Below, one piece after another: positions 38,476 to 50,430 of a stretch of DNA of 64,000 nucleotides. The notes under the pieces were generated by a model. That model was not told the origin of the DNA. It saw only the letters and a list, made by a program, of their open reading frames with translations, and made no database searches. This stretch comes from Zootoca vivipara. Lineage: Eukaryota. The position numbers and the translations under genes are program-made. The stretch lies in contig NC_083284.1 in assembly GCF_963506605.1 (NCBI RefSeq), positions 29,574,001 through 29,638,000 on the forward strand, read 5' to 3'. How positions within the stretch are numbered: the stretch's first letter is position 1; each line of letters starts with the position of its first letter.

Positions 38476-40106
38476 CTAGAATTTACTTCATGTGTGTATT
38501 CTTTTTTAAAAATGGTAATAACAAAAATACAGTTTAAGTACATTCTTCTGTGTGTACTGCATGTACATGTAGACAATATTTACATAGATTTTGCACCCTG
38601 AACAACATTCTTTTGTTATTAAACAAAGTTATGCCGGTTAAATTGTGGTCTTGGCTAAACACCATGGCCAAATTTTCATATCCCACTTGCCAGAATTGAT
38701 TTATGACTTGCTAGCTGGTTTTCTGATGATTTTGGAGGAGGGTGGTTTGCTCAATTACAAATGCACCCCTCCACTGTTTGCCGTTCATAGCTGCATGTGA
38801 AAAATAGACCCAGATGCAAAGGAAAGTGATCCATCATGTAGCTAAAGGATTGCCAATGAGGAGTAGCACAGAGGACCCCTCATTTCCCACAAATAGCTAT
38901 GCATGTTTTGCAAAATGGAGGTAATGTTGTCCTAATACCAGGGAATAATGGTGTCCCCCAATAGCATTTTTAGCAGTGGTTACTCATAGTAACAAAGTAC
39001 CAATGCTTTTAGCCACAGCATGAGGCAGCATACTTCAGTTGTCCTGGCAGCTTCTTCCTTTGTTGGTTATTAAAGTGATCCTTTATGAATGAAAACAGTG
39101 ATAATAAAAAGGAGTAAATGTGCATCATGCTGTGAACAATTTCCTGCCGCTCTGACTGATCTACTTCAATAGCCCTTGCAGTGGTGGCTATTTGCTTTGA
39201 AAGGCAAGTTATGAATGCAGAACTTATGAGCTCACCATGGTGACCTTTTCATGTTCTCTCTGTTAATGCCCAGAAGCTGAGTGTTTTATTTTGTATATGA
39301 AAAAACTGCAACCTTTGGGTAATGTAAGGGAAAATGAGAGTACAGAGAGAAAATTAGCTGCTTCCTAACTACATAGAATGTCTGTCTTGTACCTTTCCAT
39401 CTGAAAAGCATTCAAATCATACTTTTGCGTCAACACATAAAATGGTATTTGGGAAGAAAGCAGTGGGAGTGAACTTCAACCCAGTAAACAGTTTGTTTTA
39501 AGCAAAGTTTTTGTTTCTAAGCCTGTCAAGTCCCGCTTATGAAACATACCTGTATATACTGCTTTGCGACTTTAGCTCACATAGGCAGTGTGCACAAAAC
39601 ATTTAATGCAACTCACAAAAACAATTTAAAAACAAATTTGGGTGTTCTTTTGGTTGCCAACAAACCTAGATCTAAGTTAAATTGCTTCACACTTCACCCG
39701 TCCAATGAATATAGCAACTATTATCAATTATTATTAATCAGTTCATATCTATACCACTTTATATTTTTAAGAAAAAGTCTCAAAGTAGTTTGCAGCACAT
39801 TAAATAGAACATTACCAGAGAAAGTCAGATATAAAGTATAGTGTCAAGGCAACATAATCAACAGGAAATTAAAATATTATCTTAAAAATTACAAAATAAA
39901 ACATTACTAAATGAAGTCAAATATAAAAATGCACATTTAAAACAGCAACATTAACAAGAGAATGAAATAGTATCATATGCGCAGAACATATCTGCTGCTT
40001 TTGCTGCCATTCCTGCCAATTGTGGTTCCTAGCTTGGGCTCTATGACCTGGGTCTGCATTAAGAGTCAGCCAAGCATCTTCAACAGCCACAGTTTTTGTA
40101 GCTGGG

Positions 40107-40261
40107 NNNNNNNNNNNNNNNNNNNNNNNNNNNNNNNNNNNNNNNNNNNNNNNNNNNNNNNNNNNNNNNNNNNNNNNNNNNNNNNNNNNNNNNNNNNNNN
40201 NNNNNNNNNNNNNNNNNNNNNNNNNNNNNNNNNNNNNNNNNNNNNNNNNNNNNNNNNNNNN
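40107..40261. other. Assembly gap (155 N)
   Basis: Run of N. Confidence 1.
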
Positions 40262-40326
40262 TCACGAGGAAGCCTATTCAGCATAAGGGAATTTCCCTTA
40301 AAAGAGGGGAGAACTTGACAGCTATG
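40262..40326. mobile_element. 90-bp hAT-type MITE (copy 3, left end in gap)
   Basis: TCACGAGGAAGCCTATTCAGCATAAGGGAA...AACTTGACAGCTATG matches 99-188 with several differences. Confidence 0.85.
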
Positions 40327-40765
40327 CTCAGGGTGCTTCACAGAACAATGGCAATATACAAAACCACAAAAAATATAATCAAAATAAAAACAACCCAATA
40401 CCCCCCCCCCCAAAAAAACCCCACCATATTGTAAAAGGACATAGGATATAAAAAGGTCTGCAAGGCAGGAATCAGGCCTTCCAGGACTCACAGCCCAGGT
40501 GGTCTACCATACCTGGGAAGACGATTCACTGAAATGAACATGCCCCTCTTTCCCTTTCTTATGCTTCTGAAAACCTTCAAGCTTCCTCATGCCTGTTGAT
40601 GCTACCTTCTTCTTGTGTGTGGAAAGTGCCATTTTGGCTATGTAATGATAGGCACTCAGGCAATGAGTTTGCTATCAGTATGCATGATGATAATAATTCC
40701 CTGCATGGTCAATGGACTTAGCACTATTGACTTAGAAGTAGTTTACCACCATCACTTGTGCAGTA

Positions 40766-40986
40766 CAGTGGTACCTCGGGTTACAGACGCTTCAGGTTAC
40801 AGACTCCGCTAACCCAGAAATAGTACCTCAGGTGAAGAACTTTGCTTCAGGATGAGAACAGAAAACGTGTGGCGGCGGCATGGCAGCAGCGAGAGGCCCC
40901 ATGAACTGAAGTGGTACCTCAGGTTAAGAACAGTTTCAGGTTAAGAACGGACCTCCAGAACGAATTCTTAACCTGAGGTACCACTG
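40766..40986. mobile_element. Tc1/mariner-pogo (Tigger-like) MITE
   Basis: TA|CAGTGGTACCTCGGGTTA...TAACCTGAGGTACCACTG|TA. Confidence 0.9.
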
Positions 40987-41452
40987 TATGTTTACTTGGA
41001 AGTAAGAGCTACTCTGCTCAGGACCATTTCCATGTTAAGTATATATAGGAATGTAACTCTCTGTGTTTGTACTACAAAACATAGATTTGATATTGCCTCC
41101 AACCCCTTTCCTAACCTAAGTTAGACTGCTGTTTTTCTTTTTTGAAAGCAGCTTTCCAAAGACAGATGTTGCTTATAAAGCTGAACTCTTATCAGGCCAT
41201 CAGCCAAATCAGAAAGAGATAATCATTTCAATTGTCTTCCTTCTTGGAGTGAGCCTCTTGATTTTTAAAAAGTGAGTTAGTGCATTCCTAACAAAACTGT
41301 TGGGGATGATCAACACATGTATGAGAAGTGGGGGTAAAAAAATCATTTTGATATATGTGATCTGGTGGTGACTTTTCTAGGATACAGAAGATGTCCCTGT
41401 TGTTCAGAGAGACTAACTTTGGCAGTTACAAAGTAATAGCTTGCCTTTTGTT

Positions 41453-41806
41453 TGTTGTTGTTGTTTAGTCGTTTAGTCATGTCCAACTCTCCGTGACCCC
41501 ATGGACCAGAGCACGCCAGGCACTCCTGTCTTTCACTGCCTCCTGCAGTTTGGTCAGACTCATGTTGGTAGCTTCAAGAACACTGTCCAACCATCTCATC
41601 CTCTGTCATCCCCTTCTCCTTGTGCCCTCCATCTTTCCCATCATCAGGGTCTTTTCCAGGGAGTCTTCTCTTCTCATGATGTGGCCAAAGTATTGGAGCC
41701 TCAGCTTCAGGATCTGTCCTTCCAGTGAGCACTCGGGGCTGATTTCCTTAAGAATGGATAGGTTTGATCTTCTTGCAGTCCATGGGACTCTCAAGAGTCT
41801 CCTCCA
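41453..41806 (-). mobile_element. BovB LINE 3' fragment
   Basis: Minus strand WRRLLRVPWTARRSNLSILKEISPECSLEG..., (CAA)n tail. Exact 10-bp TSD GCCTTTTGTT (41443-41452, 41807-41816). Confidence 0.95.
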
Positions 41807-42565
41807 GCCTTTTGTTAGACTGGTATTAAATGTAAGGATGGAAAAACCTGCTCTTTTATATGAATTGGTTGAGTCATTAAAAATCCAATGCCTGCTATTT
41901 TCTAAATTCACTTGCCCCAGTTCATATTACCGTACCTCTATACATATTTAGTCAAAAGTAAGTTTCCCACTGAATGGAATGGGTTTTCCACCAAAGTAAG
42001 TGTATATGAGACTGCAGCCTTTAAAAAGCCATCTTATGTAATTATTCTGGAGATATTCAGACCCACTAGGAAGAAGGTGCTTACCGTACATTTCGGCACC
42101 TTTCAGGACTATCTCTTTAGCTGACTTGGATTGCCTAAAGTGATTAAATGCTTATTAGCTCTACAACATCCCATTGACTCCTCCCCACCCCCCTCCACAC
42201 ACATGGCCCAGAGGAAAGATCAACAGATTGTGTCTAACAAGCTGACATTCAGGCTACATTAAGCACCAGTGGTCGCTTGCATAACAGGGCTTGTCAATGA
42301 TTTATAAACTGGGCAGACAGAGCACCAAGCAATTTCTTGCTCAAAACAATCAGTTACTCATTACTTCATTGTTTCAGCAAGTTTATTGTTTTACCTATAA
42401 TGCTGGCCTTAAGGATGTCACTGCCCCACTTTGGCATATGCAGAGGGATGCGGTTGCCTACCCCTGTCTAAATCACTCCTTCTAATAGCAAACTTGGGTG
42501 CTGAGTGTTGCTGACAGAAATGAACCCATAATGGGGCCAGTAAGAAATAAGAGGAAAGTAAATCA

Positions 42566-43263
42566 TACCTTGGTTTAAGTACGCTTCGGTTTGAGTACTT
42601 TCAGTTTAAATACTCCGCAGACCCGTCTGGAACGGATTAATCCACTTTCCATTACTTTCAATGGGAAAGTTTGCTTCAGGTTAAGTACGCTTATGGTGCT
42701 GGAGGAGACTCTTGAGAGTCCCATGGACTGCAAGAAGATCAAACCTATCCATTCTTAAGGAAATCAGCCCTGAGTGCTCCCTGGAAGGACAGATCGTGAA
42801 GCTGAGGCTCCAATACTTTGGCCACCTCATGAGAAGAGAAGAATCCTTGGAAAAGACCCTGATGTTGGGAAAGATTGAGGGCACTAGGAGAAGGGGACGA
42901 CAGAGGACAAGATGGTTGGACAGTGTTCTCGAAGCTACGAACATGAGTTTGACCAAACTGCGGGAGGCAGTGCGAGACAGGAGTGCCTGGCGTGCTATGG
43001 TCCATGGGGTCACGAAGAGTCGGACACGACTAAACGACTAAACAACAACAAGTACGCTTTAGGTTAAGTACGGACTTCCAGAATCAATTACACTCATACT
43101 TTGGGTTAAGTATGCTTCAGGTTGAGTACTCCACGGACCCGTCTGGAATGGATTAATCCACTTTCCATTACTTTCAATGGGAAAGTTCGCTTCAGGTTAA
43201 GTACGCTTCAGGTTAAGTACAGACTTCCGGAACCAATTGTGTACTTAAACCGAGGTACCACTG
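42566..43263. mobile_element. Tigger-like non-autonomous element with internal direct repeat, interrupted by BovB
   Basis: Right TIR GTACTTAAACCGAGGTACCACTG|TA. Left TIR truncated (TACCTTGGTTTAAGTAC). Duplicated block ACCCGTCTGGAA.GGATTAATCCACTTTCCATTACTTTCAATGGGAAAG. Confidence 0.8.
42693..43049 (+). mobile_element. BovB LINE 3' fragment
   Basis: Uninterrupted frame RVPWTARRSNLSILKE...HGVTKSRTRLND*, (CAA)n tail. Exact 10-bp TSD AAGTACGCTT (42683-42692, 43050-43059). Confidence 0.95.
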
Positions 43264-43276
43264 TATCGTGTCAGTA

Positions 43277-43678
43277 AGGTAGGTAGGTAGGTAGGTAAGT
43301 AAAGGACCCCTGGACAGTTTAGTCCAGTCAAAGGTGACTATAGGGTTGCGGCGCTCATCTCACTTTCAAGCCGAGGGAACCAGCGTTTGTCCACAGACAG
43401 CTTTCCGGATCATGTGGCCAGCATGACTAAACCCCTTATGGCACAACGGAACATTGTGACGGAAATGAGAGCGCACGGAAACACCATTTACTTTCCTGCC
43501 ACAGCGGTACCTATTTATCTACTTGCACTGGTGTGCTTTTGAACTGCTACCGGTAGGTTGGCAGGAGCTTGGACAGAGCACCAGGAGCTCACCCTGTCGC
43601 ATGGATTCAAACTGCCGACCTTCCGATCAGCAAGCCGAAGAGGCTCAGTAGTTTAGACCACACTGCAACCCGCATCCC
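43277..43678 (-). mobile_element. Sauria SINE
   Basis: Reverse complement of the Sauria head, core and tail, with the tail expanded to (CCTA)n. Imperfect TSD GT(G/A)TCAGTA. Confidence 0.9.
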
Positions 43679-43894
43679 TAAAGTATCAGTATGCCTAGAT
43701 GGACTCCAGGTTTTGCAGAAGTACAACAACAACAACAACCAGCCTAAGTGGCAATCCTTCCCACTCATACAGTCCAATAAACACGCTCGGTAGCCATAGA
43801 ATATTGAGTGTCCTATGGAAAACCAGTGGTCCAGCTTCTAAAAGGCACATCTTTTAGAAGACATCTGAAGGCAGCCGTTCAGTTTACAATAGTT

Positions 43895-43990
43895 GATGTT
43901 TTATTGTGTTTTTAATTTTGTTGGGGGCTACCCAGAGTGGCTGGGGCCAACCCAGTCAGATGGGCAGCATATAAATAATAAAATACTAAT
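43895..43990 (+). mobile_element. L2-type 3' terminal fragment
   Basis: CCCAGAGTGGCTGGGGCCAACCCAGTCAGATGGGCAGCATATAAATAATAA is complementary to 20740-20795. Confidence 0.7.
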
Positions 43991-45074
43991 ACTAATTAAA
44001 AACAGTGGTCCTAATAAGACTTCGTTTCCAGACCCTTTATCACCTTGGTCACCCTCCTCCACACATGTTCCAGCTTGTCAATATCCTTCTTCTACAATAT
44101 GTAAGTTCTTAGAAAGAAAGTACCTCTGCATTTTCAGGAAGCACCTGGAGTCTTCGCTAGCTTCAAGGTGTTTACATGTGAATTCATTGCTTATAGCATA
44201 TTGTTGGAAAATTGCCTACTTAGTAAACAACCAGACGTTTAAGTAGTTTATCCTAAATATTTCTAAGGCCAGATAATGATTGCCAGATCCCTGTTTTCCG
44301 GATAACGGCACAGATAATGCATCACATGAAATTATGGCACTCTTGTCTTTGAGTCTCTCCCCCCCCCCCCGAAAACAAATTTTTTTTATTCATAAAGAGT
44401 TTGAACGTGCATGTCCTGTTCTGCATCAGTATGTAGCATAAACATTCCTTGTTACTGAACAAAGACAGAATGGGGGAGGGGGAAGAAACTTGTGGCTGTA
44501 AGACGTGCCTTATCGAAAGCCGTCTAGGCTTTTGCATTCCGTTTCCTTTCGATAAGACTCTTGTGCTGAGCTGGCCTTCAGAAACGAGCCCAAAGGGCTG
44601 CCTGCTAAGTTTACACAAGAAAGGAAGCAATCAATTTGGGACTTACTGAATGAGCCCTTATCATAGTCACTTCCTCACCATTGCTTCACAAGCTAAATAT
44701 GTTATGTTCAGGAACCATTTCAAAAGTGTCACTGCACTGCTCCCTGGGTTTTGTGAAAGAGAACTGCTTCAAGGATACCAAGCATTTGCCTAGATTGCAG
44801 GCTGAATAGAAACCCTGGACTGTGACTTGAAATGCCTCAAGCAGCACATATTTGTGTTGTGGGTAGATTCAGAGGTGTAGGAAGGTCAAGTGGTACCCTG
44901 TGCAGAAAATTTCTTGCCACCCCCCTACATTGATTTTTTTGGGGGGGGCCCTGCAAATATGGTTTTACGTTATTTCATATTTTTCTTCAAAGCAATGTGG
45001 ATTCTGGGCCTCTGATAACAAGTAGGTGATTACGGACAGATACTTAAATCTACAGGATGGATTGTGCTTTGGCT

Positions 45075-45350
45075 TGTGTTATTTTATTTATACTTTATTG
45101 TTTATTTATTTTAAAAAACCTGCAAAGTGGTTTACCAAAGGAAAAAAACACACAGCAGTAAAAATCAAGAAAAATTAACAATCCTACCTTAAAACATATT
45201 AAAGTTAAAATTACTTCAACTTCCTAAGCATCTAGGTATGCTTGCCTAAAGAAGAATGCTTTGGGCAGGTGCCCAAAAAGAGTCTAGCAAAGCACGTGCT
45301 TTGTTTCAATAGGCGGGGAGTTCCAAAGTGCAGGTGCTGTCACAGTAAAC
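45075..45350 (-). mobile_element. Old L2-like fragment
   Basis: T-rich tail, then GCTTGCCTAAAGAAGAATGCTTT...GGCGGGGAGTTCCAAAGTGCAGGTGC, resembling the L2 3' region at 20845-20945. Confidence 0.5.
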
Positions 45351-45426
45351 AATGCAGTACAGATATTATGTGGAACCTGTAGTAGTGCTTGAAACTACTG
45401 CAGGGGAGGTTTTATTGTGATTTCAC

Positions 45427-46009
45427 CATGCCAGGCCCTACGTTACAGCCACATCTCTTCCAACTCTACAGAAAGAGACTATCACGTAAGAGATCTACAG
45501 CAAACCTTTTTGGAACTAAAATATCCACCTGATGAAGTTAAACAACAGATCAACAGAGCCAGACTGATACCCAGAGAGAACTTGCTGCAAGACAGACCCC
45601 CCCCAAAATAACAGAACACCACTAGTAATCACATACAGCTCTCAAGCTAAAACAGTACAGCGCATCATCAGAGATCTACAACCTCTCCTAGACAATGACA
45701 GTTCTCTTTCTCAAGCTCTGGGAGGAAGACCTTTCATTGCTTACAGACAGCCACCCAATCTTAAACAACTCCTCACCCACAATAATACAACCAGCAGACT
45801 TAACATGGACACTGGTACCAGAGCCTGCAATAAACCCAGATGCCAACTTTGCTGCCACATACACCCGGACAACACCATTACTGGCCCCAACAACATCAAA
45901 CATACCATCTCAGGACTATTTAATTGCTCATCTTCTAACATTGTGTATGCCATCAAATGCCAACAGTGCCCTTCAGCTCTCTATACTGGACAAATAGGCC
46001 AAACCCTAC
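45427..46009 (+). mobile_element. Penelope-like element: RT C-terminal/linker region and N-terminal half of GIY-YIG endonuclease
   Basis: QALRYSHISSNSTERDYHVRDLQQTFLELKYPP, then a Cys-rich linker and CNKPRCQLCCHI...FNCSSSNIVYAIKCQQCPSALYTGQIGQTL (VY...YxG motif). Frameshifted. Confidence 0.85.
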
Positions 46010-46309
46010 TGCAATTGGTCTTGCAGGAAAAAGCAAGGGGTGAGATGGCTAAAAATAGCTTTATCATGTATAATGAGATAAGAATCCAATGTCTCTATTC
46101 AGACCAGGTCTCTCCATGGTTTTAAGTTTGGTAATAAGTTGCAATTCAGCAACTTCTCTTTCCAGTCTATTTCTGAAATTCTTTTGTACTAAGACAGCTA
46201 CTTTGAGATCTTGTATAGAATGTCCTGGGAGATTGAAGTGTTCTCCTACTGGTTTCTCTGTCTTGTGATTCCTGATGTCAGATTTATGTCCATTTATCCT
46301 TTGGCATAG
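46010..46309 (-). mobile_element. Penelope-like element: C-terminal half of GIY-YIG and 3' UTR, inverted
   Basis: Minus strand reads QRINGHKSDIRNHKTEKPVGEHFNLPGHSIQDLKVAVLVQKNFRNRLEREVAELQLITKLKTMERPGLNRDIGFLSHY. Confidence 0.85.
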
Positions 46310-46429
46310 ATTCCATCTTACGTTCTCTCAGCATTCTGCTCCCTTAACATGGATGCAAGCGGTTGCTTGTTTCTCCCTTTCCATCCACTTTGGAAGACAA
46401 TACTTTGAAAAGACGCCATTAACCAAGGC

Positions 46430-46950
46430 TTTCAATTTCAGTTTCTTTTACTTTCTCATCTTCCCAGTCTGAAGTTCAGTTCTCCACACTTACATAACAG
46501 TTTGTGATTTTTTAAAAGTCCTCTTCAGCATTTTAGTGCAAATTGCTCCCAATATACACATTTTTGCAAAGCATTTCCCCTAATGCAGGCATCCCCAAAC
46601 TGCGGCCCTCCAGATGTTTTGGCCTACAACTCCCATGATCCCTAGCTAACAGGACCAGTGGTCGGGGAAGATGGGAACTGTAGTCCAAAACATCTGGAGG
46701 GCCGAAGTTTGGGGATGCCTGCCCTAATGCATATTTGTGTATTATTTTCATGAATATTTTCATTTTAAGCCACACCTGGTCCTAGTACATGATTTATTTA
46801 TTTTTTGCACATATCAGTTGGCAGGAGAACTGAATTGCAAAATTCAAAGAAGTATGAATTATGAAGGATGGCTGTGGGCCACGTATTGTTTTAGAAAGTG
46901 CAAATTAGGTCAGTTTTCCTTTAAATGCAAACTGATTCAAATTTCTCCCC
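46430..46950. mobile_element. Old non-autonomous DNA-transposon-like repeat (host of a MITE)
   Basis: Reverse-complement similarity to 61622-62190, e.g. ATACACATTTTTGCAAAGCATTTCCCCTAA and GAACTGAATTGCAAAATT. Confidence 0.6.
46586..46721. mobile_element. 136-bp palindromic hAT MITE
   Basis: TIRs CAGGCATCCCCAAACT/AGTTTGGGGATGCCTG. Exact 8-bp TSD CCCTAATG. Confidence 0.92.
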
Positions 46951-47762
46951 CAGTTGGAAGTAAAGGCCACTGAAAACTTGCTTCTGAGTAAATATACTTA
47001 GGATTATGATGTACGGCTGTGATTTTGAACATGCTTACTTAGAATAGGCTTGCCAACTGATCGAAAAAACACAGCAACAACACTGGCCTTGCCTGTTCTG
47101 TATCTTTTGCAAATGTACAACATTTCTTCTCAGAGGCCTGCTCTCAGGTTCTGGAGCTCTTTACCAAAGGTAGTCCATCTATTCTCATATCTGATGACCC
47201 CCTGCTTGCAGGCAAAGTCATTTTGGCCCACAAGCTGGCTTGTTAGATCCACCCCTCATATATATGTAAGCAAAACAAAATGAAGGAAAATAAAGAATTG
47301 AAAAGGTAAACCATAAAACATCATGGTCTGGAAGGACAAAAGTACAGTGCAGCTCCAACGAATGATAAATATTGACTTATACAAGGATTCCCTTTACAAA
47401 TAACAAAGATATATAAAAACAAAAGTATTCTCTACCTGGTGAGTTATATTATTGAAAATAATAGTAATATAAAGTTATATAAAGTCTTAGGTTTTTATTA
47501 TTATTAATTGGTTTCAATGTACAGTTTACCCTCTCCAGATTTGCTTGAGGGTTGAACACAGTGAAATTTCCAGGTGAATCATTATGCACAAGAATTACTA
47601 TATTCTACAGCTTTAAGACATGAGAACCTCTTGCTGTGTGGATTCTCCTGAGTGTGTCCACTTCAGCACCAGGAAATACTAGAGCGTGTGTTGCTGGCAT
47701 TGGAGATTGTTCATGTGATTGTGGCAATCCACAAGGTAAAAAGGCTTGTGCATATTATAACC

Positions 47763-48344
47763 CAGGGGTTCCCAACAAAATTTTCTCGAGGACCCCTCAT
47801 CGAACCGCTATTGTGACAAGGACCCCCATTAATTCCTAATCCTAAAATTAAAAAGTGAGAGCCAAATTAAGAGTCTTTTTATATTTTATATTTATATGTT
47901 TTTTACAGTTACAACAGAGTACTCCATCAGTATACAGTTAGTTTTAATTTTCAGTTCTTAATGAGATGAGTTAAAGAGGCAGCGCGCGCCAGGGAGGAGG
48001 GAGGGGAATGGAGAAGACAGGGTACCTGCGCAGTAGCGCACAAATGAAGCCAACGCGCGCAAAGCATCTTGGGGAGGTGAGCGTTGGTAGAATGCGCGTG
48101 CTGCCTCTTTGCAAAACAGCAGTGTTTGTAAAGCACCACCTAACGGCATACAGCAAAACTACTGCCTCTATCTAATTCTAGTTTCGCGCTAGACTCTGCT
48201 CATGCAGGAAGTGGCCAAAACAAAAAATCTGTTATCATACGAAATATATTTAATTTTTTTTTTATTCTAATAGCATCTTGCGGACCCCTCTGGCATACCT
48301 CGCGGATCCCTGGGGGTCCGCGGACCACCTGTTGGGAACCACTG
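47763..48344. mobile_element. 582-bp non-autonomous hAT (Charlie-like) element
   Basis: TIRs CAGGGGTTCCCAACA/TGTTGGGAACCACTG, subterminal GGACCCC repeats. Exact 8-bp TSD TTATAACC (47755-47762, 48345-48352). Confidence 0.9.
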
Positions 48345-50202
48345 TTATAACCACTGCGTGGAGCAACCACCTTTAGGGAAGGGTTTCTAGTGGTATCTAT
48401 GTGATAGGCATAATCCAAAAATGGGTTCTGCATTAGGTCTGGGATGGTAGAGAAACAGTGAACTTCTTCACTTCTCAGATCAGCTCACGTGAATGGGCTT
48501 CTCAGCATGTGATAGACCAAAGTGATTCTGATACGGTAGCACGTAGGTGACCCGTAATAATATTATATTTTATGTTGCTTTTAGTTGGGAAATGCTGGTA
48601 CTTTTAAAACAATGAAAGAACTACTCCATAATGAAGATAGTATAACATGTACACTTCCATTTAGTCTTTAGTAAAAACATCCCAAGAGTCCTGGAAGTAG
48701 AAGCCAAAAAAATTCAGCTCCCAGTATATTAAGAATTTAAGTAGTGGCCACACCAAGTTTTATATGTCACCATAGCCAAGCCTGATAAAATAACGGCGAT
48801 TACAATGGTTATCATTTGAGATGTGATGGCATGTTTCTTTAAAAAGTGTGCACAAAAATAAGGAACCCACCATACACAACTAGAAAAAACAGGGGTTCAG
48901 GTTAGCATACAAAGACACAATAAAACAAATGTACACTGCAGGTACATTGTGAGGAATACACTTGTTGTACTTTGTATGCTAGCCTGAACCTCTTTTTTCC
49001 CTATTTGTGCATCATTAAAAAGTGTGTCAGGCATCGAATATATTATAAGTCTTCTCACATCATTCCAATGGATAAACGGATTTGAAGAAACCAACTAGTA
49101 AATTCTGTGAATTGTCCAAAAAACTATGAGGATTTAAAAACCTTTGGAGTAAACAAATCCCAGTGCAGAATAAAATGGTCACAATGAAATCCTAAACTTA
49201 TCCCCCCTGCAAACTCCCAACTTTCAAATGAACAGAGAAAATGTTTTGACTGAAAATGAACCAACTCTAATTCAGGAGGTAGTTAAAGCAATTAAAACAA
49301 TCTCACTGTGTAAGAGTTGCCAGTTTTCTGAGATAAAAGAGCCAATAATTACACACTTGCATTTGTTAATTGTTAGCAAAACATCCAAATTTAAAATGGG
49401 TCATTGTTTGACAGTTTTTTTTTAAAAAATAAGCATGCATATTTTAAAATGGGCTCACTAGCAAGCCCAAGCGTACACTATATAGCTTTGTGGACGGGTT
49501 ATGTGTTTATGTGCAGCAAGTCATAATAGAAGATGGGACTAGCTGGTGCACACATTCTGATAATAGAGGGCGGCCAATGGCAAGGAGGTAGGAAGCTTGT
49601 TTTTTTTACTTGTGCTGTTTTTCTGTCTTTGTTGACTGGTGAGCTAGTTTTGTTTTGTCTTATTTCTTACTGTAATCCACCCTTAGCACTCAAATGACTG
49701 AAATAAGGATTTTAAAAACAACAGCAGTGTGAAAATGTTGCCACAACATCCACTGACCCCTGCGTAAAGAGCGCTTTAATGTTTTCCCCTCAAACGTCCT
49801 CTTTCATAGATTTTCTAAGGGCCAAATCTCGGTTTTATGTTCCTGCGATAATTGTTCGATTGAAACCCTACAGCACATAGTATTTACATGTCCTTTATAT
49901 TGTGCTGTCTGGAAGAACTTATTGCTCCCATTAATTCAAAAATTTCCTGGGTACCTGGCAGATTTGCATCTTGCTTTTTTTTCTGCAAGACACAAATCCG
50001 TTTGTAACTTTACAAATGGCAAAAATTCTAACTTCTGTGCTGTCATACAAGAGACGCAATGGATTGTTATATGTAATTCTCTTATTTTTATTTTATCTAA
50101 TTTTGTATATCTTTTAACTTGTAAACTAAATCGTGCGTGCCCTTGTTCTTGTTCTGGTTATGTCTATGAGCTTAAAGCTGAAATAAAGTGTTTGGAATTG
50201 AC

Positions 50203-50430
50203 CACAAGAAAGAAGCTTCCACCTAAACATTAGGAAGAACTTCCTGACAGTAAGAGCTGTTGCGACAGTGGAATTTGCTGCCAAGATGTGTGGTGGAGTC
50301 TCCTTCTTTGGAGGTCTTTAAGCAGAGGCTTGACAGCCATATGTCAAGAATGCTTTGATGGTATTTCCTGCTTGGCAGGGGGTTGGATTGGATGGCCCTT
50401 GTGGTCTCTTCCAACTCTATGATTCTATGA
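50203..50430 (+). mobile_element. CR1 LINE 3' end
   Basis: AGGAAGAACTTCCTGACAGTAAGAGCTGTT...TCTCCTTCTTTGGAGG...TTCCAACTCTATGATTCTATGA. Confidence 0.9.

Noticed and set aside
42566-43263. Regularly recurring GCTTCAGGTTAAGTAC motifs as a CRISPR-like array
   Set aside because: Subterminal repeats of a eukaryotic DNA transposon, with irregular spacing and no cas genes.
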